A DNA stretch of 64,000 nt from NCBI GenBank assembly GCA_963511725.1, contig CAUPKA010000006.1, positions 7,265-71,264 of the forward strand, given 5' to 3'. The translations under genes and the position numbers were made by a program. Source of the DNA: an uncultured Flavobacterium sp. (GTDB lineage: Bacteria > Bacteroidota > Bacteroidia > Flavobacteriales > Flavobacteriaceae). The notes under the pieces were generated by a model. That model saw nothing but the letters and a program-made list of their open reading frames with translations. It ran no database searches and was not told the origin of the DNA. Shown here in pieces: positions 28,399-38,461 of this stretch. Position 1 is the first letter of the stretch; each line of letters starts with the position of its first letter.

Positions 28399-29703
28399 TT
28401 ATTTTGAGTTTTTAATTTCTGCTGTTGCCTTTAATTTTACAATCCAAAAACCACGATTTCCACTAGAAATATTTTCTAAATCTCCATCAGTAGAGTTGGA
28501 AATTCCAGCCAGAATATATCCGTTATCTTTTGTTTGTTGGATGCTTTTAACTTCATCATATTCAGAACCGCCCATTGGCTTTTGCCATTCTATATTTCCT
28601 TTATCATTTAATTTAATCACGATAGCATCAATATCTTTTAATCCAGAACTTCCTACCATAATATAACCGCCATCTTTGGTTTGTTGAACGCTATATGCGG
28701 CATCGTTTGCCGTTTCTCCAAATGCTTTTTGCCAAACTATATCACCTGTGAGATTTAATTTCACGACCCAAAAGTCTTGACTTCCACCAGGGATATTGGT
28801 CACATCGCCATCAACAGATTGGGTAGTTCCGGCTATAATATAATCACCGTCCTTGGTTTGCTGTACGCTATAGGCACAATCGTCATTTGTGCCACCTAAA
28901 CTCTTTTGCCATTGGATTGTTCCGCTCTCATCAAATTTTACCACATAAAAATTAAAATCGGATGCCGATGTGATTATGCTATTATTTGTTTTACCCACCA
29001 TAATAAAACCTTTGTCTTTGGTTTGTTGGATACTTTCGGGATTGTCATAACCTTCGCCTCCAAATACTTTTTGCCATTGAATAATTCCATCTTTATTTAA
29101 TTTAAGTATCCAAGATTCATCATTGAAACCGCCAAGAAGTCCTTCCTTTTTATCATTTCCAAAATTAGAGCGAGAAGAGCCCGCTAGAATATAACCACCA
29201 TCTATGGTTTGTTGCACACTTTTTGCTTCATCATAACTGTCTCCGCCAAATACTTTTTGCCATTGAATATTTCCGCTGAAATCTAATTTTATCACCCAGT
29301 AATCAATTCCATTTTCTTCTTTTTTGTTGGTCACATCACCATCCTTTGAGCTTGTTATTCCTGCAATAATATAACCGCCATCGCTGGTTTGTTGCATACT
29401 GTTTGCTTGATCATCCTTTGAACCGCCTAAGGTTTTTTGCCATTGAATACTGCCTGAATCATTTAATTTTACAATCCAAATATCAGTCCCACCATGATGA
29501 TTCGTAACCTCCCCATCATTGGAATTGGTACTACCCGCAACAATAAATCCACCATCGGTTGTTTGTTGAATACAATTTGCAATACCCGAATTGCTGCCTC
29601 CGAATGTTTTCTGCCATTGAATGGTTGGAGCACTATTAATTGATTCTTGCGAGAAACCTATCGTACTGATAAATAATGCAAAGTAAATTGTTGCTATGTT
29701 CAT
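28399..29703 (-). CDS. Secreted beta-propeller repeat protein (QQTxDGGYIxAG / WxxKL repeats)
   Basis: Signal peptide; about 7 repeats of IQWQKxxGG..D.A.SIQQT.DGGYI.AG. Confidence 0.75.
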   Translation of the reverse strand: MNIATIYFALFISTIGFSQESINSAPTIQWQKTFGGSNSGIANCIQQTTDGGFIVAGSTNSNDGEVTNHHGGTDIWIVKLNDSGSIQWQKTLGGSKDDQANSMQQTSDGGYIIAGITSSKDGDVTNKKEENGIDYWVIKLDFSGNIQWQKVFGGDSYDEAKSVQQTIDGGYILAGSSRSNFGNDKKEGLLGGFNDESWILKLNKDGIIQWQKVFGGEGYDNPESIQQTKDKGFIMVGKTNNSIITSASDFNFYVVKFDESGTIQWQKSLGGTNDDCAYSVQQTKDGDYIIAGTTQSVDGDVTNIPGGSQDFWVVKLNLTGDIVWQKAFGETANDAAYSVQQTKDGGYIMVGSSGLKDIDAIVIKLNDKGNIEWQKPMGGSEYDEVKSIQQTKDNGYILAGISNSTDGDLENISSGNRGFWIVKLKATAEIKNSK

Positions 29704-29716
29704 AATTAGCTGTGTT

Positions 29717-30190
29717 TTATTTGTAATATTTCTGCAATTCTTTTAATTCTTTTCGCAGTTGCATTAGTCTTTTATCTTCTTCACTACTATACCCAAAATG
29801 AAAGGTTGATTCTTTTGAATGAGTATCAAAAAGTTGGGTTTTTGGGTTTTCTTCGTATAGGATTATTGCAGATTTAGACTGTAATGTAAGATAGTCATCA
29901 TCACAGGAAATACCAGAAATACCCAAAATTGGTACCATCATCTTGATTGTTTTGTCACTATCGATCTGGCTATACCTTACTGTTGCGGACAATACTCCTG
30001 TTTTATTAATGCTAAACGGTGTAATAGTCGATGTTGCGGAATAATTATCGCTGTGATCGTCATGGCTGCTGGATGCTAAACTGTTTATTGTTTTTAAAAA
30101 GTTAGCTTCCGCTATTTTTTTTGTTTGACCAATTGCTGAAATTTGCATTAAGATGCAAAAGACTAAAAAAAGTGTGATTTTGGTTTTCAT
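29717..30190 (-). CDS. Hypothetical secreted protein
   Basis: Signal peptide; co-oriented with short spacers. Confidence 0.65.
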   Translation of the reverse strand: MKTKITLFLVFCILMQISAIGQTKKIAEANFLKTINSLASSSHDDHSDNYSATSTITPFSINKTGVLSATVRYSQIDSDKTIKMMVPILGISGISCDDDYLTLQSKSAIILYEENPKTQLFDTHSKESTFHFGYSSEEDKRLMQLRKELKELQKYYK

Positions 30191-30232
30191 TTTGGTTTTC
30201 CGTTTTTATAATAAAAATGAGCTGAATCTGTT

Positions 30233-30814
30233 TTATTTTTCGCAAAAAACAATGAGTTGATTAAAATAATTCACTATCGTATCGTCTTTAAAATCAGGAT
30301 GTTTTTGATTTGGGTAGGCATTATAATTAGGATATATTTTGATTTCAAAATGGCTCCATTCTTTTAGAATTGTTTTATCCTTAAATTTTTGAGAGACTTT
30401 TATTTTTTTGCTTTTGACCATTTGAAACAAAATATTTCTGTTTACTCCTTCCTGACTGCCTTTTTTTAAACTCTTAATATTGCTAAAGTCTAACTCAATT
30501 GTCGTTGTATTTTCAATTTCATCATTATTATACACATCAAAAGATATTTTGAAGATGCAATCTGTGATTTCAACACTGTAATTATCGGTGAATTTAGTGT
30601 AATTATCAGAACCTGCTATTGCTTTTCCATGTTCTTCGGCATAGACATAAGAACCTGTTTTGAATCCCTCATAATAGGATTTTATGGCATCGATGGTTTG
30701 TTGTTTGGTAAACTCGTTTTTTTGCTGATTTAGTAGTGTGTCGAAAGAATAGAATCTTTGTTGCGCCGTTAGCACGTTGACAAAAAATAAAAGAAGTAGC
30801 GCTATTATTTTCAT
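30233..30814 (-). CDS. Hypothetical secreted protein (TKQQxI..IKSYY..FKTGS family)
   Basis: Signal peptide; paralog of 30857-31462. Confidence 0.7.
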   Translation of the reverse strand: MKIIALLLLFFVNVLTAQQRFYSFDTLLNQQKNEFTKQQTIDAIKSYYEGFKTGSYVYAEEHGKAIAGSDNYTKFTDNYSVEITDCIFKISFDVYNNDEIENTTTIELDFSNIKSLKKGSQEGVNRNILFQMVKSKKIKVSQKFKDKTILKEWSHFEIKIYPNYNAYPNQKHPDFKDDTIVNYFNQLIVFCEK

Positions 30815-30856
30815 TGATTCTATTTTATAAATTGTGAAATCTATTAAAAATCTTCT

Positions 30857-31462
30857 TTAGTTCATTTTACACAATACAACAAGTCTTTGAAATGCTTTGA
30901 CAATCTCAATGTTTGAAAAATCGTTTTCTTCTTTACTTTCATCATTAATTTTCAAATCGACCAAGTATTTTGCTTTGCCTGAAAATTGGTTTCTTATTAC
31001 CGGAACGGTCGTTGTTTTTATGTTTTTTGACGAATGGAATCTTATATTCCCATTAATTATTTCGCTTTCTCCACGTTCTTTGTTTCCTGAACTGATGCTA
31101 TCTATTTCGTTAAGTTTAAACTCGATTATTTTTCGGTCTTTCTTACTAGCATCAGACCAATTGTAAATATCATAATTAATAATGGTGGTGCAATCATTTG
31201 GCCAGCTTATTTCGTCATAGGAAATTTTGAATTTGCAACCTTCTATTACAACTTTATAATTACCCGTATATTGCCTGTATTTCTTGACTTCTTCTAGTTT
31301 TGGATTGCCATCTTTTTCTACATATTCGAATGAACCCGTTTTGAAATTGGCGTAATAGGATTTTATGTAGTTTATGGACTGTTGTTTTGTGAGTTCTTTT
31401 TGTTGGGCGGTTGTTGGGTTTGTTATGAAGAGTAGGAGTAGGAGTGTGGTTAGGGTTTTCAT
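30857..31462 (-). CDS. Hypothetical secreted protein (TKQQxI..IKSYY..FKTGS family)
   Basis: Signal peptide; paralog of 30233-30814. Confidence 0.7.
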   Translation of the reverse strand: MKTLTTLLLLLFITNPTTAQQKELTKQQSINYIKSYYANFKTGSFEYVEKDGNPKLEEVKKYRQYTGNYKVVIEGCKFKISYDEISWPNDCTTIINYDIYNWSDASKKDRKIIEFKLNEIDSISSGNKERGESEIINGNIRFHSSKNIKTTTVPVIRNQFSGKAKYLVDLKINDESKEENDFSNIEIVKAFQRLVVLCKMN

Positions 31463-31499
31463 TTGATATAGTTTTTACTGAATAAAATCTTGGAATTAG

Positions 31500-32243
31500 C
31501 TAATTTATTTCCGAGACAATACGGAAGCCTAAAATAGGAAAGCGGGAGTCTTCTAAATCGCTGAAACGGAATGTCAAGCGGTGGGCGGTGGTATCCCAGC
31601 ACCCGCCTCGGGTTACGCGCCCAGCGCCTAATGACGCTCCTTTTGGATTATTGATAGGACTATTGGCATAATACTTATAGTCATACCAATCACTGCACCA
31701 CTCCCAAACATTGCCACACATGTCGTATAAACCCAACTCGTTAGGTTTTTTGCGTCCACATTTGTGTATGTTCCCTTCACTGTTTTCGGAATTCCAGCTT
31801 ACCTCATCATCATTATTACTCCCTGAATAGATATAACCCAAACTATTGTTGCCCCCTCGTGCAGCAAATTCCCATTCTGCTTCAGTGGGCAATCTGTAGT
31901 TTTTGCCCGTTGTTTTACTGAGCCATTTGCAATACCCATTTGCCTCATCAAAATTTACATTTACCACAGGATGTTTGTCTCTCCAGCCCCAGGATCGTGC
32001 CTCGGGTATGGATTGCCCTGAAGCTTGGCAAAAGGCTTTGTATTGTGCTACCGTTACTGGGTATTTGCCCATTTTGAAGCTACTGACTGTTACATTGTGT
32101 ACCGGTTTTTCATCCTCATTACCCTCTTCACTGCCCATGGCAAAAGTGCCACCTTCTACGAATAGCATTTGGGGTTTGTCCTCCTTTGTTCTTTTTTGGG
32201 ACATTCTAAAAGCTTGAAGTACTTGCAGTAGGAAGTTTTTCAT
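31500..32243 (-). CDS. FGE/SUMF1 (formylglycine-generating enzyme-like) domain protein
   Basis: GGTFAMGS, YPVTVAQY, RLPTEAEWEFAARGG, PNELGLYDMCGNVWEW, GFR. Confidence 0.9.
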   Translation of the reverse strand: MKNFLLQVLQAFRMSQKRTKEDKPQMLFVEGGTFAMGSEEGNEDEKPVHNVTVSSFKMGKYPVTVAQYKAFCQASGQSIPEARSWGWRDKHPVVNVNFDEANGYCKWLSKTTGKNYRLPTEAEWEFAARGGNNSLGYIYSGSNNDDEVSWNSENSEGNIHKCGRKKPNELGLYDMCGNVWEWCSDWYDYKYYANSPINNPKGASLGAGRVTRGGCWDTTAHRLTFRFSDLEDSRFPILGFRIVSEIN

Positions 32244-32571
32244 GGGTTGCTTTTACTAAAGATAAAAATTAGGAGTAGCCCGTAACTATTCCCAATCTTA
32301 TAGATTTATTTTTCTATTTTGCTATTGTATTTGCAGGCTCATTTTTACCTTTTACACTTGCTTTTGCTTTCTGCACACTTGTGTTTTTAAACTCGCTATA
32401 AGATTGAACAAAACTAGATGGAGCTGGAGTTTTTTGTGGCGAATCCTTTTTCTGAACAGTAAGGTGCAAAAAGGACATATTTTTTTGGGATGTAGTTTTT
32501 TTAGAAGCCTCTTTATCTGCTTTTATACGTTCCTCATCTTGCTTTTTTGATTTAATTTGGCTTCCTTTACA

Positions 32572-32787
32572 CTATTGGCTTTAGCTATTTCACGCTGTTG
32601 AGCTTGTTTTGGTTTAATTCACTATTTGGATTACCATCTTTTTCTGCATATTCATAAGAACCTGTTTTGAAATTGGAGTAATAGGATTTTATGGCATCTA
32701 TTGATTCTTTTTTTTTGTTTTTAAAGTTTGAGCAGTAGAAACGACTGTGATAAAAAGTACCAATTGGATTATAATTAGTGTTCGCAT
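32572..32787 (-). pseudogene. Frameshifted third copy of the IKSYY..FKTGS secreted-protein N-terminus
   Basis: MRTLIIIQLVLFITVVSTAQTLKT, then a frameshift in an A9 tract (32708-32716), then ESIDAIKSYYSNFKTGSYEYAEKDGNP. Confidence 0.7.
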
Positions 32788-32812
32788 AGTATAAGCTGTT
32801 TAGAACAGAAGC

Positions 32813-33811
32813 TTATTTATTGCAATCTTTATTATAATCATCTAACTTTTTTGAATTTGTTTCAATTCTATCATTATTTAATTTTCTACGATTATTATAA
32901 TTTGATATAGCATAAGCTATATTCTTACGCATTTGCTCACGATTTGCAAGAACATCACGATAATCCCAATATTTTGGATTGCTAATATCATTAATTTGTT
33001 TTAAAACTAGAACTCCTTTACCATCTGTATAGGCGCCATATTCTTTTTTTAAAATCTTAGTAGAATCATCAAAACTTTGTTGTAAATAGTCAATATGCTC
33101 CCCAGATTTTTTATTCTCCTCAATTTCAATACCAATACGCTCATCTTCTTCCTTTATGTCATTTAATATCTTATCACATTCTATTTTACGTTTTTCATAT
33201 CCTGCAAATCTTTCTTCTTTTTCTTTAACATCATTTACTCCCGTTTTCTTTTTCTGTTCCCAATATTTAGCTTTTTCTAAATCTTTAAGGGTACCTATAC
33301 CATTTTGGTAAAAATACACCATTTGTCCCATTGCTTCAACACTTCCCATATTTGCGGCTCGTTGAGAATGATAAAATGCTTTATTATAATTTTTATCTGT
33401 TCCTTGACCATTGAAGTACGCTATAGCTAAAAATATTGAAACCGTTGGGTCTCTAAGATTTCCTTCAGTATCTGCTTTCTTGAGCCAATAAAACCCTTTT
33501 TTATAATCTACTTCAGTGCCATTACCCACACAGTACATCGTAGCTACTTCCTTCATGGCACCAAAATCATTTTGTTCAGCAGCTTTTAGTAACCAATAAA
33601 AGGCTTTTTTTAAGTCTTTGTCAACTCCAGTGCCGTTTTTATAATTAAAACCTAATTCGGATTGAGAGCCTACATCATTTTTAGCAGCATCAGCCTGTAA
33701 TTGTTCTATAGAATGGTCAAAAAGACTTGATTGGGCATAAAGGCTGTTTGATACCATTGTTGTTATACCAATGAAGGCAAATAATACTGTTTTTTTAAGA
33801 TATTTTTTCAT
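32813..33811 (-). CDS. Sel1-like repeat secreted protein with coiled-coil tail
   Basis: Signal peptide; G.G..KD.KKAFYW..KAA repeats. Confidence 0.85.
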   Translation of the reverse strand: MKKYLKKTVLFAFIGITTMVSNSLYAQSSLFDHSIEQLQADAAKNDVGSQSELGFNYKNGTGVDKDLKKAFYWLLKAAEQNDFGAMKEVATMYCVGNGTEVDYKKGFYWLKKADTEGNLRDPTVSIFLAIAYFNGQGTDKNYNKAFYHSQRAANMGSVEAMGQMVYFYQNGIGTLKDLEKAKYWEQKKKTGVNDVKEKEERFAGYEKRKIECDKILNDIKEEDERIGIEIEENKKSGEHIDYLQQSFDDSTKILKKEYGAYTDGKGVLVLKQINDISNPKYWDYRDVLANREQMRKNIAYAISNYNNRRKLNNDRIETNSKKLDDYNKDCNK

Positions 33812-33929
33812 TTATTTTGGTTTTAGTATTATTGCAAATAAACATTAAATAAAATTGGAAGTAATACAATATTACTCCCAATTTATTTACAACTATAATT
33901 AAATCCCTTAATTAAAACATATTCAGCAT

Positions 33930-34634
33930 TTATCTCTCCAACTCGTTTTGATTTTTAATTCTTTCATAATCAAGACTGTCAATGGTGGAAATAATGTCAA
34001 TATTTTTTTGTTTTAATATGTCATAATTTTTTTGTTGTTCATCAATTGCTAATGATTTTTTTGAATCAATATCAATTTGATTACCTGCAATGGCTAGAGA
34101 TTTATTGTTTTCTTTTAATGCAGTTTGTTGTTTAGTAATTTCTGTTAATAACTCATTTTTGTGTTTTTCAAGAGATTCTAAGTTTTTCGTAATATCTGTT
34201 TTTTTTTGTTTTCTTGCTAAACTATCCGCTTTTTTTATAACTCTATCAGGTGTTTTTATTTCAACCTCTAATTTTTTAGTGACAATTGCTTCGCTTAGTT
34301 TGTTGTTCTCTAAAGCAGTCTTTGCTTCTACTTCATCAGGTTCTAAATGATTACTTATCTTAACATCATTATTTGTGATTTCAACAAGATTTGCAAACTT
34401 ATTGACGTTGATTATTTTAAGTACAATGGGTTGATTGTGTTTTGGTTTTAATTTATCCGTAGTATAAATACCCGTTTGAAAATCATACACAGCAATAAGA
34501 GTTCGTGGTTTTTGTGTTTTTTCTTTTTCACCTTTGATAGGTGATATTTCAACTTTTGTAGTCTGTGCAAAAACAAAATTTGTAGTTAATGATAGTACAA
34601 GAATTAATACTAGTTTAGAATTTAATTTTCTCAT
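33930..34634 (-). CDS. Hypothetical secreted coiled-coil protein, possibly truncated
   Basis: Signal peptide; ends abruptly within a heptad-rich region. Confidence 0.55.
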   Translation of the reverse strand: MRKLNSKLVLILVLSLTTNFVFAQTTKVEISPIKGEKEKTQKPRTLIAVYDFQTGIYTTDKLKPKHNQPIVLKIINVNKFANLVEITNNDVKISNHLEPDEVEAKTALENNKLSEAIVTKKLEVEIKTPDRVIKKADSLARKQKKTDITKNLESLEKHKNELLTEITKQQTALKENNKSLAIAGNQIDIDSKKSLAIDEQQKNYDILKQKNIDIISTIDSLDYERIKNQNELER

Positions 34635-35009
34635 AATTCCTATAATTTAATTTCAGCCTACTCTATTGAGGATTTCGGCTTGCTCCTTTCTATATTAAAT
34701 AATCTGGATTACTCCTTAAAGAACTTACTTTGCGATTTTTTGTGTTTGATGAATGTTTTTGCTTTGTTGTGCGTTTTGTTTTTTATATTTTATTTGAAAA
34801 CAATTGACAAATGCGCCATAATTTTTAATTTATCGCTACTCATAATATTTTGTTAAAACTCTAAATTACAAATAACTGTATTTAAGGGCCGAAAAAAAAT
34901 ACCTATAAGTAGGTATTTTTTTGTTGATTTTATGGTCTGGGATAATTTTTGAAATTTTACTAGATCAAGAACGATAAGCATTGCTAGTACGGAGTAGTTT
35001 CCCTTTGGT

Positions 35010-35771
35010 CTAAATCAAACCTTGCAACATACATTTTTGAACCAATTCAATTGAGTTTTTTGAACCGGATTTTTGACTGATGTTTCTTCGGTGGGTTTTA
35101 ACCGTACTTTCGCTGATAGACAGAAAATCGGCAATTTTTTTGTTTGTGTATCCTTTGGAAATAAGCTTTATAATTTCAATTTCCCTTTTTGAAAATGATG
35201 TTAATTCTTTAAGATCTAGAATGACTCCAATATTAGTATAAGAAGGCTCGTTATTTAATCCTATAAGTGAAATCGTATTGTTATTGGTTTTGGTAAGATG
35301 ATCTATATTGGTGTGGATATTCAGGGATTTACCAATACGGAAGTCATCATCGATTGTCAGTGCTATAGATTGGTGATTTAGCAGGCAATATTCCCCATTT
35401 TTCATTCGACTTCTAAAGGAATAATTCGCTTTGTAATTGAGGATTTTTTCTTTTCCTAATTTATTATGAAGGAACTCAAAATAAGTGGCTTCCGCTTTTG
35501 CAACAAACTCCATATCATCAGGATGAATAGTATTTAGGACATCATCAAAAGTGACTGTTTCGGGATCAAATCCATGGATATCAGCAATAGAACGACTAAC
35601 ATGGGATATGGACATGTCCGAAAAATCTATGATATAAAAGTAAAACGGGCCCACACTGACTAAAGAACTTATAATTTCAGCAAAGTTGAATTGAGGGATT
35701 AATGTATCTTGATCAGATATAATTTTCGCAACCTCCCAAACTGCTTTCAGTTTATTTATTTCTGGATCCAT
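35010..35771 (-). CDS. PAS-fold plus LuxR HTH transcriptional regulator
   Basis: IHPDD PAS segment; FSKREIEII...IAD.L.ISESTVKTHRRNI. Confidence 0.88.
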   Translation of the reverse strand: MDPEINKLKAVWEVAKIISDQDTLIPQFNFAEIISSLVSVGPFYFYIIDFSDMSISHVSRSIADIHGFDPETVTFDDVLNTIHPDDMEFVAKAEATYFEFLHNKLGKEKILNYKANYSFRSRMKNGEYCLLNHQSIALTIDDDFRIGKSLNIHTNIDHLTKTNNNTISLIGLNNEPSYTNIGVILDLKELTSFSKREIEIIKLISKGYTNKKIADFLSISESTVKTHRRNISQKSGSKNSIELVQKCMLQGLI

Positions 35772-35866
35772 AAATTATGCTGATTTAAAGATCAGTAAGG
35801 TATTAAAAAAAAGCATATTTAATACCAAATATGCTTTTCAAATTGGTAAAACAATTTTATATTGTT

Positions 35867-36265
35867 TTACAACCCCTTCTCTTTCATCTCCAAAATCACA
35901 TCCGAAGCATTCTTGAAAGTCGGTGCTTGTTCAATAATTGTTCCAACACGTTTTTTGTTGAGTTTAAAAGTAATGTCGTTTTCTGTGGTGAATAATAATG
36001 CCGTCAAAAAAGGATTATTCATATACGGAGCCAAAACAAAAAAAGCTTCATCAAGACTGTGAAAACTTTCTATTTCTTCGGTTTTATAGCGGGCTGTGAT
36101 AGAAAGGCTAAATACGTCATTTTCCAATAAAACAGGACGTACATAAATGTTTTTCAATTCGGTGTCGCCAATGGTTTTTGCCAAAGTCAATTTGGCATAG
36201 GTTTTATCAGCAATGCTTTCTTTTACTTTTTCCCAAAATTCAGCAAATACAGGTTGGAAGGACAT
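35867..36265 (-). CDS. Conserved hypothetical protein
   Basis: Open 132-aa ORF with normal codon pattern; no family recognised. Confidence 0.6.
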   Translation of the reverse strand: MSFQPVFAEFWEKVKESIADKTYAKLTLAKTIGDTELKNIYVRPVLLENDVFSLSITARYKTEEIESFHSLDEAFFVLAPYMNNPFLTALLFTTENDITFKLNKKRVGTIIEQAPTFKNASDVILEMKEKGL

Positions 36266-36309
36266 AAGTTTATTTTTTTAAATATTTAATTTGATGTTTT
36301 TTTGATTAA

Positions 36310-36338
36310 ACCTAACAGGTTTTTAAAGCCTGTTAGGT
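36310..36338. repeat. Short REP-like palindrome
   Basis: acctaacagg-N9-cctgttaggt. Confidence 0.7.
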
Positions 36339-36428
36339 CTGTGTTGAAAATCAAAAGGTATATAGTGATTCTTGATTTACATTTAATATTCTAGAATAAA
36401 AGCACAAAATTAAGTGATGCTTTTTGCT

Positions 36429-37559
36429 TTACAGCAAATAATCCCAAAAATTTTCTTTGTGAATGACTTGTGTGCTTTTTGGATGATACTTTTCTGTAAA
36501 TGACTTTGTAAACCGCACTTTTTGATTCGGATTGTATTTGATTTCAAAAGCTTCAATTTCGGTATTTTTCACTTCCAAATAATCGATTTCGGCCTGTTGG
36601 GTGTTCCTCCAGAAATAGGTGTCTTTGAATTGGTTTTCATAAGCCAATTTCTTCTTGCGTTCGCTGATGACAAAGTTTTCCCACAACGCACCAATATCAT
36701 CACGGAGTTCTATGGGATTAAAATTTTTGATAATTCGATTGCGCAAACCATTATCCCAAAAATACACTTTTCTGCCTTTCTTGAGTTCGTTGTCTTGGTT
36801 TTTGCTAAAAGCATTTAGGCTAAAAACGATAAAATTTTTCTCCAGAATATCAATGTATTTTTCAACGGTCAGTCGGTTTATTCCTAAATCATTGGCTAGG
36901 GAATTATAACTAATTTCACTCCCAATTCGATATGCCAGCATTTGAACCAATCGCTGTAAAGTTGCGGATTTTTTCACGCCTTCCAGATTCAGAATGTCTT
37001 TATACAAAAAACCTTCAACCAGATCATTGAGGATTTTTTCTTCTTTGCCAACACTGGTAACCACTTCTGGATAATATCCAAAAACCAAACGATGAGGTAC
37101 TAAACGGGTTTCTTCAATAAAATTGGAGTGTTTAACCATTTCGCCATAACTCAAAGGGAAAAGCTGTAATTCTTCTTTTCTGCCCACCATCGATTCCTTT
37201 GTTTTATCAGCCAATTCAAAAGCACTGCTTCCAGAGGCAATGACTTGAATTTCGGGATAATTATCAACCATTCTTTTGATGAGCAAACCAATGTTATGAA
37301 TCTTTTGAGCTTCGTCAATAACAATGATTTTATTATCTCCGATTAAAGCTTTTAATCTGTCGGTTGTGATGTTTTCCAATAAAAGCTGGGTGTCGGGTTC
37401 ATCTCCATTGAGCCACAAAAACGATTGCCCTGTGACTGTATTTTTTATTAAAGATGTTTTGCCTACTTGCCTTGCGCCAAATACCAATATCGCTTTCCCT
37501 TTGAAAAGGTAGCTGTCAATTTCTGTTTGCGGGCTTCGATTTATCATTTTTGCATCCAA
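36429..37559 (-). CDS. AAA+ ATPase with DUF4143 C-terminal domain
   Basis: Walker A GARQVGKT, IDEAQ, GSS, K.YF.DNG, EID..EIK. Confidence 0.9.
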   Translation of the reverse strand: MDAKMINRSPQTEIDSYLFKGKAILVFGARQVGKTSLIKNTVTGQSFLWLNGDEPDTQLLLENITTDRLKALIGDNKIIVIDEAQKIHNIGLLIKRMVDNYPEIQVIASGSSAFELADKTKESMVGRKEELQLFPLSYGEMVKHSNFIEETRLVPHRLVFGYYPEVVTSVGKEEKILNDLVEGFLYKDILNLEGVKKSATLQRLVQMLAYRIGSEISYNSLANDLGINRLTVEKYIDILEKNFIVFSLNAFSKNQDNELKKGRKVYFWDNGLRNRIIKNFNPIELRDDIGALWENFVISERKKKLAYENQFKDTYFWRNTQQAEIDYLEVKNTEIEAFEIKYNPNQKVRFTKSFTEKYHPKSTQVIHKENFWDYLL

Positions 37560-37668
37560 TTACAATGCAAATATATAATAATTTGATATTAGAATATCAA
37601 AAATATATAATAATTTGATATTTTTTGATTGTTCAGGTAACTGAATACTGCTTTCTGAATACTGTTTA

Positions 37669-38451
37669 CTATTTCCCCTTAAAAACTGCTTTTCTTTTTT
37701 CTAAAAATGCTTTGGTTCCTTCATTGAAATCCTCAGTTCCAAAACAGCGTCCAAAGTTTTTTATCTCGGTTTCAAATCCGTTTTTGCCTTCAGCAAAATT
37801 AGCATTGATAGATTTTATCGCTCTTCCAATTGCAAAAGGAGAGTTATTAATGATTTTTTGAGCGATAGAAACAGTAAATCCAATTAGTTCTTCCTGCGGT
37901 ACTACATGATTTACAAGGCCGTATTGTTTAGCTTCATCGGCGGTGATCATTCCGGCAGTTAGTATCATTTCCATAGCACGGCCTTTCCCTACTAATTGCG
38001 GTAAACGCTGTGTCCCGCCATACCCTGGAATTACTCCAAGAGAAACTTCTGGAAGCCCCATTTTTGCATTGTCCGAAGCTACTCTGATATGACACGCCAT
38101 CGCCAATTCTAATCCGCCACCCAATGCAAATCCGTTGATCGATGCAATAACAGGCGTTTTTAGATTTTCTATATAATTAAAAAGCAATTCTTGCCCTTGA
38201 AAAGCCAGTTGCGCTCCTTCTTCGATAGTAAAATGAGCAAATTCTGAGATATCGGCGCCAGCAACAAATGCTTTATCGCCGCTTCCAGTAAGTATAATAA
38301 CTTGAATTTCTTTGTTTTTACCCAACACTTTAATGGCTTTGTGCAAATCATTTATGGTTGCAATATTCAAAGCATTTAGCTTGGCTGGTCTATTGATTAC
38401 AACAGTTGCGATGTTGTTTTCTATTGTAATTAAAAGATTCTCGTAGTTCAT
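37669..38451 (-). CDS. Enoyl-CoA hydratase/isomerase family protein
   Basis: AFVAGADI, GFALGGGLELAMACH, PEVSLG.IPGYGGTQRL. Confidence 0.93.
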   Translation of the reverse strand: MNYENLLITIENNIATVVINRPAKLNALNIATINDLHKAIKVLGKNKEIQVIILTGSGDKAFVAGADISEFAHFTIEEGAQLAFQGQELLFNYIENLKTPVIASINGFALGGGLELAMACHIRVASDNAKMGLPEVSLGVIPGYGGTQRLPQLVGKGRAMEMILTAGMITADEAKQYGLVNHVVPQEELIGFTVSIAQKIINNSPFAIGRAIKSINANFAEGKNGFETEIKNFGRCFGTEDFNEGTKAFLEKRKAVFKGK

Positions 38452-38461
38452 GGCATTTGTG

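Noticed and set aside
27184-34634. Integron cassette array or prophage
   Set aside because: No integrase, no recurring attC-like spacer structure and no phage hallmark genes
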